A DNA stretch of 64,000 nt, from NCBI RefSeq assembly GCF_036971445.1, contig NC_091469.1, positions 268,460,001 through 268,524,000 on the forward strand, in the 5' to 3' direction. Below are positions 27,007-40,100 of the stretch, piece by piece; the first letter of the stretch is position 1; each line of letters starts with the position of its first letter. This DNA is from Narcine bancroftii (Eukaryota). The notes under the pieces are model-generated. The model saw only the letters and a list, made by a program, of their open reading frames with translations. It searched no databases and was not told the origin of the DNA. Made by a program: the position numbers and the translations under genes.

Positions 27007-27266
27007 TGTGGTGGTATGACCACCAGCCGACTGGAAGGGGTGATCTCTGTACCTGCAGGAAGACCACCTGGTCGCCTGTCAATGGATGGACCTAAATAGA
27101 CCCCTTGGGGGGCTGACGCCACCTGGCCGGCTGTCCATCAGCCAACCTTAATGTAGACCTGAGCCAGTCGCAAGGGGAGCCACCAAGGCATGAACTGGTG
27201 TTCGGACTTTTACTGGAATAAGTTGCCCCATCTTTCGAGTTTTGTGTTTGCTTGCTGCTACCTCAG
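27007..27266 (+). mobile_element. LTR-like repeat related to 16748-17037
   Basis: Starts TGTGGTGGTA and shares CTCTGTA(C/T)CTGCAGGA and CACCTGGCCGGCTG blocks; no clear TSD. Confidence 0.5.
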
Positions 27267-27729
27267 GGCGCCATTTCCTTCTAGTTTCCCCACATCTGAC
27301 ACCATGTTTCATCATATATTCCTGTGTGTGTGTGTTCTTAAGATAACGCAAGGATGAAGGAAAGGGTTCTTTACTGTAAACTTGATAATGAACAGGGTCA
27401 TGAGACTAAAAATCTTCACTACAGCTCCAACACCCTGTGAGCCTCTAGCCCCTGGAAGCAGCCAAGTATAATCAAACAGTTAGGCATTGCTAATTGCTTT
27501 GCATCCTTGCATGTATATAGTTTTGCAATTAATCCGCTTGCTTTCATTTATCCAAACTGGCAACGGGAAGTAAAAATGTTTTGCTGTATAAAGTTTGACC
27601 TGCTGGACCGTATTGTGCTTTCATTGCCCCCCACCACCTTGTGAATAAAGCCTAATTTGAAATTTAGAAATAAAATCCAAACAGTTCGTGGAGATCTTTC
27701 TTTTTATGGCACTTTAATTTATTTTGGTG

Positions 27730-28100
27730 CATCAGACCGAGCCCGCCGCTCGCAGCTCAGCCCCGTCCCCTAGTGCTGAGTGGCGGCAATCGGGCTGCTT
27801 CCACACCCACTGCGGCCAGAACGAGAAGACATCGGAAGCGCTCGGCTGACGCAAGCTGGGTGAAAGTGAAAGGACATCGACGTTTGTGAGATGGCAAGGG
27901 AGGCGATCGTTCGTCGCTGGCGGGTGCGGTCCGGCTCGGCCACGGACGGCCGGTCGGGGATCCGAGGGTTCGTGATGCGGGCGCTGCTCGCTGGCTCCCT
28001 CGTCGCCCTGGCAGGTAAACGGGCGGCTCGTCCCGCTGGGGCAGCTCCCAAATGTGGGGCCCGACAGAGGCGGGGAGGGTGGGGTGATCAAGCTTCTCTT
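27730..28100 (+). promoter_or_regulatory. CpG-island promoter with ISRE/IRF-E, CRE-like and ETS-like motifs
   Basis: GC/CpG-rich patch in AT-rich surroundings. GAAAGTGAAAG at 27862-27872, TGACGCAA at 27847, CGGAAG at 27833, all just upstream of the signal-peptide exon. Confidence 0.65.
27975..28014 (+). CDS. Exon 1, signal peptide (alternative in-frame ATG at 27891)
   Basis: MRALLAGSLVALA followed by phase-1 donor G|GTAAAC, inside the CpG island. Confidence 0.65.
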
Positions 28101-31100
28101 GGAGCAGCGTCCCCTGGAATCACTGGAGGTTGAGACCTTTGCAGCGAGTTTAGTGTCCACTTGCGATTGTTTCAATCAGACGTTAAAAGATGGTCTTGAC
28201 TCCATCCGGAGGTCCCACCCATACATTTTATCTTCAGCTTCGTCAGAGGATCTTCAGGGGACACTTGGCGAAGTGGAGGAATGGGTTTAATACAGGACAA
28301 ACCCGGTCATGAATCAACAATGGGCAGTCAGTCCCGACCACAGGCTTGGGGGCAGGAGAAGGGAAGGTTCTGCCTTATGTGAATCCAGTGCAAGATTTGG
28401 GGTGTCATTTGTGGATGCTCAACATGGTGTGGCTTTCCTGTGGTCACATGACAACCCTTCGTCCTAGCCCATATTGACCCAATTTTGGCTTGCCCTTTCA
28501 TCAGGGGCTCGGGCGCGGCTGGCACGTTCAGGTGGCCGCGGAGAAGACGCCTTTCTGCCACCTGAACTGGCCAGATGAAGGAGAGCCGAGTCCGAGTGAA
28601 CGCCGGCTCCTGTGGACTGCGGCCGTCGTCCCACTGCTGCTTCCAGGTGCCACCGGGGATTCTCCGAGCCGGAGATTATACCTACTGGAGGAGGGTTAGG
28701 TCAGAGCTCCGCCTGGCTGGGTTCTCCACTTTCAGGTGGCCTCCCGACAGCCACAATAGGCGGCCTGACAGTCGGGGTATTTTGTCCCTAATGTGCCACA
28801 ACCCTTCTCAATACAATGCCTTAACTCCAAAACTCGAGCTTTTTAAAAGGGTCGAACATGACTTGTTTCTTATTTGTCCAATACAAATACAACTTTTAAA
28901 GAGCAAGTCTAAGTTCTGTATGCATGGTGAAAAGGCAGGAAAAACGTTAAAATTATGCAGCTAAACGACTTATTACTGAGGTTCATGGAGATGATGGTAA
29001 GGTTACTAATGATCATGTTGAAATAAATGACACTTTCTCTCGGTTCTATTATAAGTTGGACAGCTCTGATTTGATCAAAGACCGAAATTCTCTATAGCAA
29101 TTCCTGGTTGGTTTGACTATTCCTACCGTTTCATCAGACAATAAATTAAAATTGGAGCAGCCTATCTCTGAGCAGGAGATTGCAGTAGCTATTAAGTCTT
29201 TGCTGTCTAGCATGGTCCCAAGTGCTTCCTTGTGGAGTTTTATCAATCATTTTCCCAGTTACTGATACCCCATTTGAGCTGTCTTTACTCAATCCGTAGT
29301 GGGAAATTGCCTGAAACTTTTAATGAATCCTCGATATCTCTTATTATTAAAAAGAATAAGGACTCTTTCGACTGCTCCTCCTATCGACTACGTTCTCGGC
29401 CAAAATACTCTAAGATTTTAGCTTGTAGATTTCAGAATATTATGCCTTTAGTTTTTTTCTGAAGACTAAACTGGGTTTATTAAGGGATGTTACTTACAAT
29501 TTAATATTCGTCGGTTGTTAGAAATTATTTTTTCTCCTACAGTTTTGATCTCTGAATATATTATTTATTTAGATGCCAAAAAAAGCTTTTGATAGAGTAG
29601 AATGGGAATATTTATTCAGTGTATTAGGAAATTTAATTTTGGTCCCCAGTTTATAAATTGGAATAAGCTGATTTATTTATCTCTATAGCTTCAGTTTTTA
29701 CTAATTCAAGTTGTATCATCAAACAAGCAGGGATGTCCTCAAAGCCCATTATTATTTAATTTGGCTTTAGAACCTCTAGCAGTGGCTTTTTGGCAATCAG
29801 CTGATATCTCAGGAATCGTGAGCAGGAAATATACATAAGATGTCTCAATGCAGATGACCTGTTGTTTATATCGAATCCTCACTGGTCGATCTCATCCATT
29901 TTATTACTTCTTTATCAATTCAGGCAATTTTCAGGATATAAATTGAATGCAGAAGAGTGAGATGTTTTGGGTGGTTCTTGCTCTCTATTTCCTTTTTAAA
30001 ATAGCTAAAATCAGTTCAACTAACTATCTTGGAATTGCTATTACTAAGAAATTCAATAATTTGTTGAAAGAAAATTTTCTTGCTTTAATGAGTCATGTAA
30101 AGAGGTCCTTGACACAGTGGTCTCTTCTTTCAATGATATTAATTGTCAATATTATTAAAATGAATATACTTCCTCATTATTTTTATATATTTTTTCAAGC
30201 TATACTCGTTTTTGTTTCCATATCCTATTTTGATTTGTTGGATTCTATCATATCTTCTTTTATATGGAAAAATAAGTACCCCTGTCTTAGGAAAGTCTTC
30301 CTTCAAAAGAATTACCTAACTTTAGATTTTATTATTGGGCAGCTAATGTTAGATACATTACTTTTTGGATTCATCACAATGAAAAATTTAGGTGCTTCAA
30401 GTTGGATTAATATAGAAATTAAATCTACCAAAAAGTATTCTCTTCTTTCAGTACTTGGAGCACCTTTACTTTTTTTGGCCTCCAAATTAACTGATAATTT
30501 TGTTGTTAGACATACAATGAGTAAATGGTTTCAATTTAGAAAATATTTTGTGAACCGTAGATTTTTATTATTTTAGGTCATTCTTTCTTTTTACCTTCGG
30601 TTCAAGATATCGTTTACCTACATTGGTCAAATTTGGGTTTCCAATCCTATATAACCATATAACAATTACAGTACGGAAACAGGCCATCTCAGCCCCTTTA
30701 GTCTGCACCGATTTAACTGAACTCCTCTAGTCCCACCTACTCGCTCCCTGTCCATAACTCTCCAATCCTCTCACATCCATGCACTCATCCAACTTTCTCT
30801 TAAATGACAAAATTGACCCTGCTGCAACCACTGCTTCCGGAAGGTCATTCCACGCAGCCACCACTCTCTGAGTGAAGAAGCTTCCTCTCATGTTACTTCT
30901 AAACTTTTGCTCCCTAACCCTTAACTTATGATGCCTCGTTAATCTCACCTACCCTCAAGGGGAAGAACCTATTCACATCTACTCTGTTTGTCCCCCCTCA
31001 TAATTTTAAATCCCCCCCCCCCCTCAACCTACGCTCCAATGAATAAAGACCCAGTCTATTCAATCTTTCTTTGTATTCTAGATACTGCAATCCAGGCAAC

Positions 31101-34100
31101 ATTTTAGTAAATCTTTTGTGAACCCTCTCTACCTTATTGATATCCTTCCTATAATTTAGGGACCAGAACTGCACAGTGTATTCCAAATTTGGCCTCATCA
31201 ATGCCAACATCACCTCCCAGCATCTATATTCTATGCTTTGATTTATGAAAGCCAGCATACCAAAAGCCGCCTTTACCACCCTATCTACATGAGAATCCAC
31301 TTTCAAAGAACGATGAACCGTTATTCCAAGATCTCTCTGTTTCTCTGCATTCCTCAACACCCTTCCCTTCACTGAACATGTCCTGTTTTGATTATTCTTC
31401 CCAAAATGAAGCACTTCATACTTATCAATATTAAACTCCCATCTGCCATCTTTCAGCCCACTCTTCTAAGCAGTCCAAATCCTCCTGCAGTCCCTGAAAA
31501 CCATCTTCACTATCCACAACTTCCCCCTATTTTTGTATCATCTGCATATTTACTAACCCAATTTACCACTCCATCATCCATATCATTAATATAAATGATG
31601 AACAACAAGGGAACCAACACCAAACCCTGAGGCACACCACTCATCACTAGCCTCCATTCTGACAGACAGTTATCCACCATGACTCTCTGCCATCTATCTT
31701 CTAGCCACCATTGAACCCATCTGACTGTCTCAACATTTAATATCTAGCGCCTGAACTTTCCATGTGGAACCTTAACAAAGGCATTACTGAAATCCACATA
31801 GACTACATCCACTACTCTACCCTCATTGACCTTCCTAGTCACCTCCTCAAAAAATTCAACAAGATTTGTAAAACATGACCTTCACCTCACAAACCCATGT
31901 TGGGTGTCCTTGATCAAACCCTGCCCCTCTAGATACTTATACATATCTCTAAGAATACTTTCTATTAGTTTACCAATCACTGACGTCGAACTTACTGGCC
32001 GATCATTGCTGTGCCTACACCTGGAGCCCTTTTTAAACGGAGGAACCACATCTGCAACACGCGAATCCCACGGCACCATGCCTCCCTTTAGTGACTATTG
32101 AAAAGTCACTGTCTGAGCTATTCATAGATTTGTAAAAACCATTCAGATTTACTTTCACTCTATTTGCTATAGGCACCTTCTTTTCACTATCCTAATTTCT
32201 TTCTTAAGCTTTTTACAATTCATGTATTTTCCAAGCATCTCGTCCATACCTTGCTTCTTGTATTTAATGTAGGCCTCCCTTTTATCTCAAACCAACTTTC
32301 TAATCTCCCTTCAAAACCACGGCTTTCTCGAACTTTTGGCCCTGCCTTTTATCCTAACAGGAACATAAAGATTTTGCACCTTCAAAATCTTACCTTTAAA
32401 TGACCTCCAATTCTCCTCTACCTCCTTCCCATAAAACAAATCAGCCCACACCATTCCTTGCAAATCCCTTCTCATTTAATCAAATCTGGCTTTCCCCCCA
32501 CTCAAAAATCAGACCTATCCCTTTTCATAATTATATTGAAACTATTAATTGTGGACAAAGTTGTAAAAGGCTTTATTTCAGATATGTATAGGTTGTTACA
32601 GGAGAAAATGGAGAAAGTAGATATGAATAAGGTTAAAGAGAAATGGGAAAAAGATTTAGATATTGTGACCTGGGAAGAATGGTCAAAAATGTGTGTGGAT
32701 AGTGTTACAAAGTTAATTAGCATGAGGTTTAATATGGTTAATTATAATTTTTTACATCAATTATATTTAACTCCTGAGAAATTAAAGAGATATGGATTTA
32801 GTCTAACAGACTTGTGTTTGAGATGTGGAGGGAAAAAAGGTACTTCTATACATTCAGTTGTACTTTGTCAAAGACCCAAACACGAACATACACTATTAGT
32901 TAAAATAACAACCTTTTCTCTTTGGCTTATATCATCAGAATTCCTTTGCCTATATATTGGCCACCTGCAGCAACATTAGTGGTGAAAGAAAATCCCCCTC
33001 TGAACGTATCTTCAGTTTGATCATGGGTTTCAATGGAGGTGGGAGGGAAGAGTTGACGTAATGGAAAATCACAATATAGATGGTTTTCTAGGAATGCAAT
33101 CCCTCTGTAATGCAGGGATGCACTGTAATTTACTGTTAGCATTCAGTAAATGGGATGCCACTTCCATCAAGGTGATAAAATAATTGCCACCATGTGTGAG
33201 ACCACAGCAAGCTGCTTGGAAGACCAAGATGGTATCTGAACTGTTCACAAAGGGGCCAGGCTCATTTGAATGTTGCTTATAGAACTTTCCTGCACTGTCC
33301 TCTGAGAAGGGCATTAGCTCTTTGAGACTTTGAAAAGGGCATAGAAGAGATTTACAAGGATGCTGTCTGGTTTAGACGGTACAAGGAGAGGTTGGACAAA
33401 CTTCGCTTGATTTCTCAGAGGCTGAAGGGAGAACTAATGGAATTATTTTAAATTATGAGAGGCACATATGGGTAGAGAGAACATTTTTCTCAGGGTAAAA
33501 TGCCACGTAGTAAAAGATATCAGTTTAAGGGAAAGGAGGTGGGAAAGGGGGGATTTTAAACGAAATGTACGGGGCAATTTTTTTTTCACATGGAGATTGG
33601 AGGTGTCTGGAAGGGGCTGCCAGGAAGACTGGTGAAAGATGATGCAGTTGTGGTATTTAAGAGACATCTAGGAGGACACACGACTATAAAGGGAATAGTG
33701 GGATACAAGTCAGGTGTAACATTTTAGTTTAAACTGGGCATCATGTTTGGTGCAGACATGAGCCAAAGGGCTTATTTCTGTACTCTACTCAGGAGGTTGT
33801 CTAACTTCAAGGATTTATGCAGTCTGATAGAGGTAGTGAAGGTGAGGTGGATATCAAATAAGTCCTATTTTGTGCCATGAATTGAATCGACTTAACTCCC
33901 AATTACAATTCTTGAATGGAGATTGTTTGATTTTTCTATTTACATTTAGAAACATGGGATGTGACAATTTTTAACGGACCAAAGGATGTATTATTGAATA
34001 CAAGCATTTCATTGGAATGTAAAATTACTGGGTTCAACACACCAGTGCTTGATCTAAAGAATGTTGGAATCCAGTGGTTGTTTGGACCTCATCGGCAAGA

Positions 34101-37100
34101 AATCTATGTCGTTAATGCAGGAAGACATTCCTCCAGTAGAGCAGGAACAGAAGTATTTGAAACTCTTTTACAGAAAGGAGATGTTTCACTTCATCTTACA
34201 AACGTCCAATTAAAAGACGAAGGAGAATACACTTGCGTTGTGTTTATCACTCCTGAGAAGGTAGAAAGGAGTTCAAAGCTGCTAGTGCTTGGTAAGAGAC
34301 TTCCAAAAAGTTACTTAATATGAATCTTTCTGTTAATATTGGATCAGAAGGAATACTGATTAGAAATTATGTCACATGGAGTTTCTAATGGTACACATAC
34401 ATGGACTACTGTATATGTCATAGTATAGGATGACTCGTGTATAGGACGACTACAAAATTTTCACCTAAAATGTTGGTTTTGAGCAAGACCCTTTGAATAA
34501 GACCCCCCCCCAAAAAAAAAACTGGCCCTTACTGCTTACCAGTGTATGCTGCTAAAAGCAAATCACAATATTTTTTAATAACAAATTATCATTTAAAGTT
34601 TAAATTTTATTTGGATATTTTAAAATAAACTAATGTTGGCTCATGTGACGGGGCATTTAAAGCCTGTACAGAGCCAACAGCAGTCGAACTGGGTGGATGG
34701 ACCCTGCGGTGGAGCGCCGAGACTAACAGGGCATGTGCAAGATTGCACTGGAGCCAGTCGGAAGATGGAGGCGATGTTGCAACTTTGTCATCAAGTTAAG
34801 AATATTAGTCTCTGTATATTCCAGATTTTAAGGTGAAAATTTTGTTTTGAGGATTGTAAAGGCTTAAGGAAATCTTATAAGATCAATATTTGAAAGAAGA
34901 AATGTACAGTAAAATCCCTGCTTCCAGAATTCAAGCACTCAGCAACAAGGTTGGAGAAAATAAATTGGTAAAAAGTACAAAAATTTAAAATTGGTTAGTT
35001 TGCCAATCGCGCAACATGCCATCTCAAACAACTGGAAAATTCACTAATCCCCATAGGAGCAGGAAACAGGGGGATTTCACTTTAGTACATTTTGTATGAG
35101 CGCAGCGGTAGTTTAGAATTGGCTTTCGGTATTTATGATGATGTAATTCATCCTGACCGATGTTGCAATTGTTTCAAAACAGCACAGCCAGCAGTGCATT
35201 TATCTACAGAACGTGTTACTATTCAGGATGGTGAGGAAAAATCTGTGTTCTGTGAAGCATCAAGATTTTATCCTCAACTGCATGAGATGTTCTGGCAAAT
35301 AATATCGAAGGGCGTAACAAAGAAAGTGAAAACAGATGTCCTGCTTGGAGCTGCGATTCTTAATCGTGATGGAACATTTAATGTTTCCAGTGGATTGAGA
35401 ATTAAACCAACTCTGGATGATGATGGTAATCTGTACAGATGTACTGTGAGGCATCAGTCCTTTTCTGGCACTCGTTCAAAAGACGTGGAACTCACAGTGG
35501 CAGGTACTTTCTATCCTTTGGATCGGTTATGCTGCATACTTTTGTCAAATGTTTAATATTTATTAAATGGTTTATTCATATTTAACAAATAACTTCACCT
35601 GAGATTTGCAGCTTATTAAAATCAAAGATTCACTGTTTCTTATTGCACCACAAGAAGATAATTGGCTTAGAAGTTGGGTCATGTCTCAAAATGAACATTC
35701 GAATGGGGTTTGAGCAAGGATGTTTGGTGACTGTTCTCACTGACCTGGTCAGTAATTCATTCATCTTTCCATGCCACTGTCAGTGCTGTCCCTTCCTAGC
35801 TGCCTTGAGTATCTATTTTGCCATGAGTATTTTTTTCTATGTTCACTATTGTTCTGTCTCTAGTTTTTTTTTTAAATTTAGTCCATGCAGGGCCAGTTTT
35901 TAACCTCTTCATTCTAATTTTCAACGACCGAACCAATTACTGCTGTGACACACTCTGATGCACATGCAAATAAATTGAGTCAAACATTGAGCTACAAATA
36001 GCTCTCACAATTCTTCAGTTATTTCTTGTTGCATCAAAGTAATGGAATTGTTAAATTAAAATCTAAGTCCCTTAATTAATGCAAATATAAGAAAAATATT
36101 TACAGTGTTCATGTACTGTTATTCATATTTTACAAAAATGGATGAGTATCAAAGCATAAAAGCTTATCTCGCATGGGAATTTTTTGTGTAAATGCTCATT
36201 ATTGTGTCTTATACATTTCAGAGCCATCGAAATCTTCAAAAGGACCTTTAATTGCAGTTATAATTGTTGCATTTCTGGTGTTACTTGCTGCCTGCTTATT
36301 TTTTTATTACTACATGAAACTGCGAAAAGGTAATTCGATGACTGGTAAAACCCCTTTCTTGTTTTGAAAATGCGTGGGTTAGATCAGAGAATCTAGCATG
36401 GATTCTGTCCATTCAGCTCATTGAGACCTTGCTAATCATCAAGCATTCATTTAATCAAATTCCATTTCATTTTCCTATCATCCACCCCAGATTCTATTGC
36501 TCACCTAAGCACCAGGGGTAAATCATAATGGACAATTCACTGGCCGACTAGCTTGGTTTTGAGGTGTGGTAGAAAGTGGAAGATCCCAGAGGAAACTCCC
36601 TTAGTAATTGTGAACGTGACTCAGGCAGGCACAGAAACACACGGGGCACAGACTCATACGGCATCATCTGGTCATTCGATTCCCACATTGTTGTTGGGCA
36701 GAAGACCTGGTTTGAGGATTTAATTATGAATGGAATTTGGCATTCTTGGCTCAACATAATAAAATTTGATATGCAATAGGCAAAATTGATGGAGACACTC
36801 AGCATCTTCAGGAAGTAAAGGATAACCAACATTTTGGGCCTGGGTCCTTCATTCATGTGTTGTCAAATGCCTCGGGCTGGAAACACCGGGTACCCATTAC
36901 TCTTTAGATTTATTGACTAAGAGTACGTGCATGACATCACGTACAACCCTGAGATTATTTTCCTCTAGGTGAGGCAGAATTAGCACTTATTGGTTGTGCA
37001 AAAAAAAACTGTACCCAATCTACACAGGTGAACAAATAAGGTAATGTAAAGAAAATGCAATGCCGAGAGGAGGAAAAAAACAATAAAAAAGAAAAAGTAA

Positions 37101-40100
37101 GGAGTCCTTAAATGAATCTTTGAATTTGTTGTTGAGGAGTCTGAAGGCGGAGGGGGAGCAACTGTTTCTGAACCTGGTGATACGAGTCTTGTGGCACCTT
37201 TGCCTCTTTCCTAATGGCAGCAGTGAGACAGAATGTGTGCAGGGTGGTGTGGGTCCTTGATGACTGCTATTACTCTCTGATGGCAGAATTCCCCATATAT
37301 GTTCTCAGTGGTGGGGGAGAGTTTTGCCTATGATGTCCTGAACTGTGTCCATGGCCTATTTGCAGGGCTTTATGCTTGGGGGTATTGGTGTCCCTATACT
37401 GACCGTGATGCAACTGGTCAGCATACTTTCCACCACACCTCTGCAGAAATTTGCCAGGGTTTCTGATGTCATACCAACCCTCCTCAAATTCCTGAAGAAG
37501 TAGTGTGTTGGGTCCAGGAAAGATCCTCTGAGATAGTGACTCCCAAGAACTTAAATTTGCTCATCCTCACCACCTCTGCTTGCCCAGTGATCACTGGATC
37601 ATGTACCTCTGGTTTTCCCTTCCTGAAGTCAACAATCAACTCTTTAGTTTTGGTAACATTGAGTGCAAGGTTGTTGTTGGTGCACCATTTAGCCAAGTCT
37701 TCAATCTCCCTCCTGTATGCTGGCCTATTGCCCCTTTTAATACAACCCACTACTATGGAATCAGCAAATTTGTAGATGGTGGTGTTATAATTAATTTCTC
37801 TCCCCCCAAGTTTACCAATAAAGTCTCACTAATGTACTTAATAATATACTAAAAAAGACTCTTATCAGGCAGGGATAGGGAGACACTTTGGAAGAGTCAC
37901 CCCAGTGACAAATGACATCGATCATCTCTTCATCCTGGATGCCAGTACTTAATTCAAACACAACTTTATTGAAACTTTATTCAAAAGCTACTTTGGGCTG
38001 GTCACAACTGGGGTGCTTGCAGGCTGAACGTTTGTTTCCAAGGGTTTTGTGTGGCTTTGGAGAACGTTTATTTAAAACTTTATTTAAATTCTTATTTATC
38101 TCAAATTCTATTTATTTATTTATTATTTTTGCTGGTTGTTTGAGATTCTGGTTGAATGAGTAACAGATAATGGGGATTTTACTGTATAACCTAAGGGAAA
38201 TCCCCATCCTGTTTATCTACATGAACACAAATTGTACCTTCAAGTCGATTGTCATCTGATTGTACAAGTATAACCCTATGAAACAGCGTTCTCTGGTCCT
38301 CGGTGCAAAAGATGCAGACACACAACCAGGCATAACGTACATACAGACAAACAATACATAAGCAGTGCAAGTATTTCACCTATACAAATAAATCAATAAG
38401 AATTGCTTTTTGTACATATGGGAGTCTCGGATGGCTAGTGGTTGTTCGGCATTCTGACTGCCAGTGGCAGGAGCTGTTCCTCAGCCTGGTGAAGCTGGCT
38501 CTGATATTCCTGTATCTCTTTCCAGACAGGAGCAGCTGAAATATGCTGTATGCAGGGTGGGAAGGGGTGCTCAATGATTCTCATTGATTTTGTGCATCTT
38601 GGCTTAAAGATTGAACATACAAGGAAAACAAATGATTGTCAAATTTTAATTACTTGTTTTATTTTGACTAGTTGCTCCAGAAATTACTGGATGTGAGGAC
38701 CGTAAAATCATGAAACATTTAGAAGAAGAAGTAGTCACTTGGAACATTAGCTCATTTCGACCTTGTGAGATTATAATTTGGTTGTATGTAAAGAGGAAGG
38801 AGAAGCATGCGAAAAGTCCAATTTTTAATTGGAGTGCCAAAAATCGTACTGAGAAAGCAAATGGATTAAAGGTCAAAGGTGATCATGAAAACGTGAAACT
38901 ACTTGTGAATTCAGATTGGAAAGATGAATCATTTAAGCCTTTGGATCCTGAATTTGAAACTAATTCAGAAGGAATTTCCAGAGTCAAGATCAGTGTTAAA
39001 ATATATCCTGATGTTATCACTGATGATGAGGCTGAATTAATTATAGAAGTTCAACATCAAGCTCTCAAGCAACCAATAACAAAGTCTTTAACATTGGATG
39101 TTAAAGGAGGTAAATTACAATCATTTACTATGACCATTAATCTCTTTATTGATTTCTTTCTGAAAATCTATGCTTAACATCTATAGTTTATGACATTGAT
39201 GTGGATGTTTGTGTTAAATACAGTTCTGACATGGTGAACTAAACATTGAGAAATATTAAGACAGTAAAAATAATATTTTCTTGCTCGTGTGGTTGTCAAT
39301 TAGCGTGATTACATTATTTTCTTTTTCTTTCCCAAAGTTCCACCTAAGGTTTTAAACATTTTGGTGCCACCTCACGTCAATCACAATGAATTTGTGGCTT
39401 TGGCTTGTACAATCACTGGATTTAAGCCAAGCCCACTAAGTATTATCTGGCAACAGAAGAGAAAGAACAGTGATTTGGAAGAAATTGTTCGGCTGGAGAG
39501 GGACAACAGAACAATCTTTTTCAGTGGCACAAGGGAAAAATATAATGAAAAACATTACATCTGTGAAGCACAGCATGATGACAAAACTTGGAGCAAAACC
39601 AGTGTATTGGTTATTGTGCCAGATATAAACCAAGACCAGGACTCGCAGTACCTCTGTCAGATACAGCACCCCTGCACTAACAGTAAACAAGAGCAAGAAA
39701 TAATGCTAAAAATTGCAGGTATGTATACTTTTATCTAAGCCCTTGCATAGATAGAAGACACAGAATTAGAGGATACTCCAAAGAGCGCAGTGTCTTGAAT
39801 GGCATATTTTACTAATTTCTGTCTGAAGGCAGAAATATGTTTACAAAGAAAAGGATTTAAGAACATGCAAAATAAATCAATTAATAGGATATGATTATAC
39901 TGAAGTTAAAAAAATAATGTAATTTATAGTTTTATTTTTTATCTTTTTTCCATAGTTTTCAAAACCATATGTGATAACTTTTCTGGCTGTTGGCCATGTA
40001 AAAGCAAAATAGTTTCACCAATCTGCTTTGTTTTCTCTTTCAGCCACACCTAAACTGGGCACTATAAAATGTAGCTCAGAAAAAATAATTCTAAATGTAC

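Noticed and set aside
50-27700. Numerous short ORFs of 60-180 aa in the ORF track
   Set aside because: They are antisense or alternative frames of transposon fragments, or chance ORFs without recognisable domains or splice support
36815-36860. Penelope-associated hammerhead ribozyme (similar remnant near 22250)
   Set aside because: The catalytic core (CUGAUGA...GAAA) is mutated, so these are only decayed remnants
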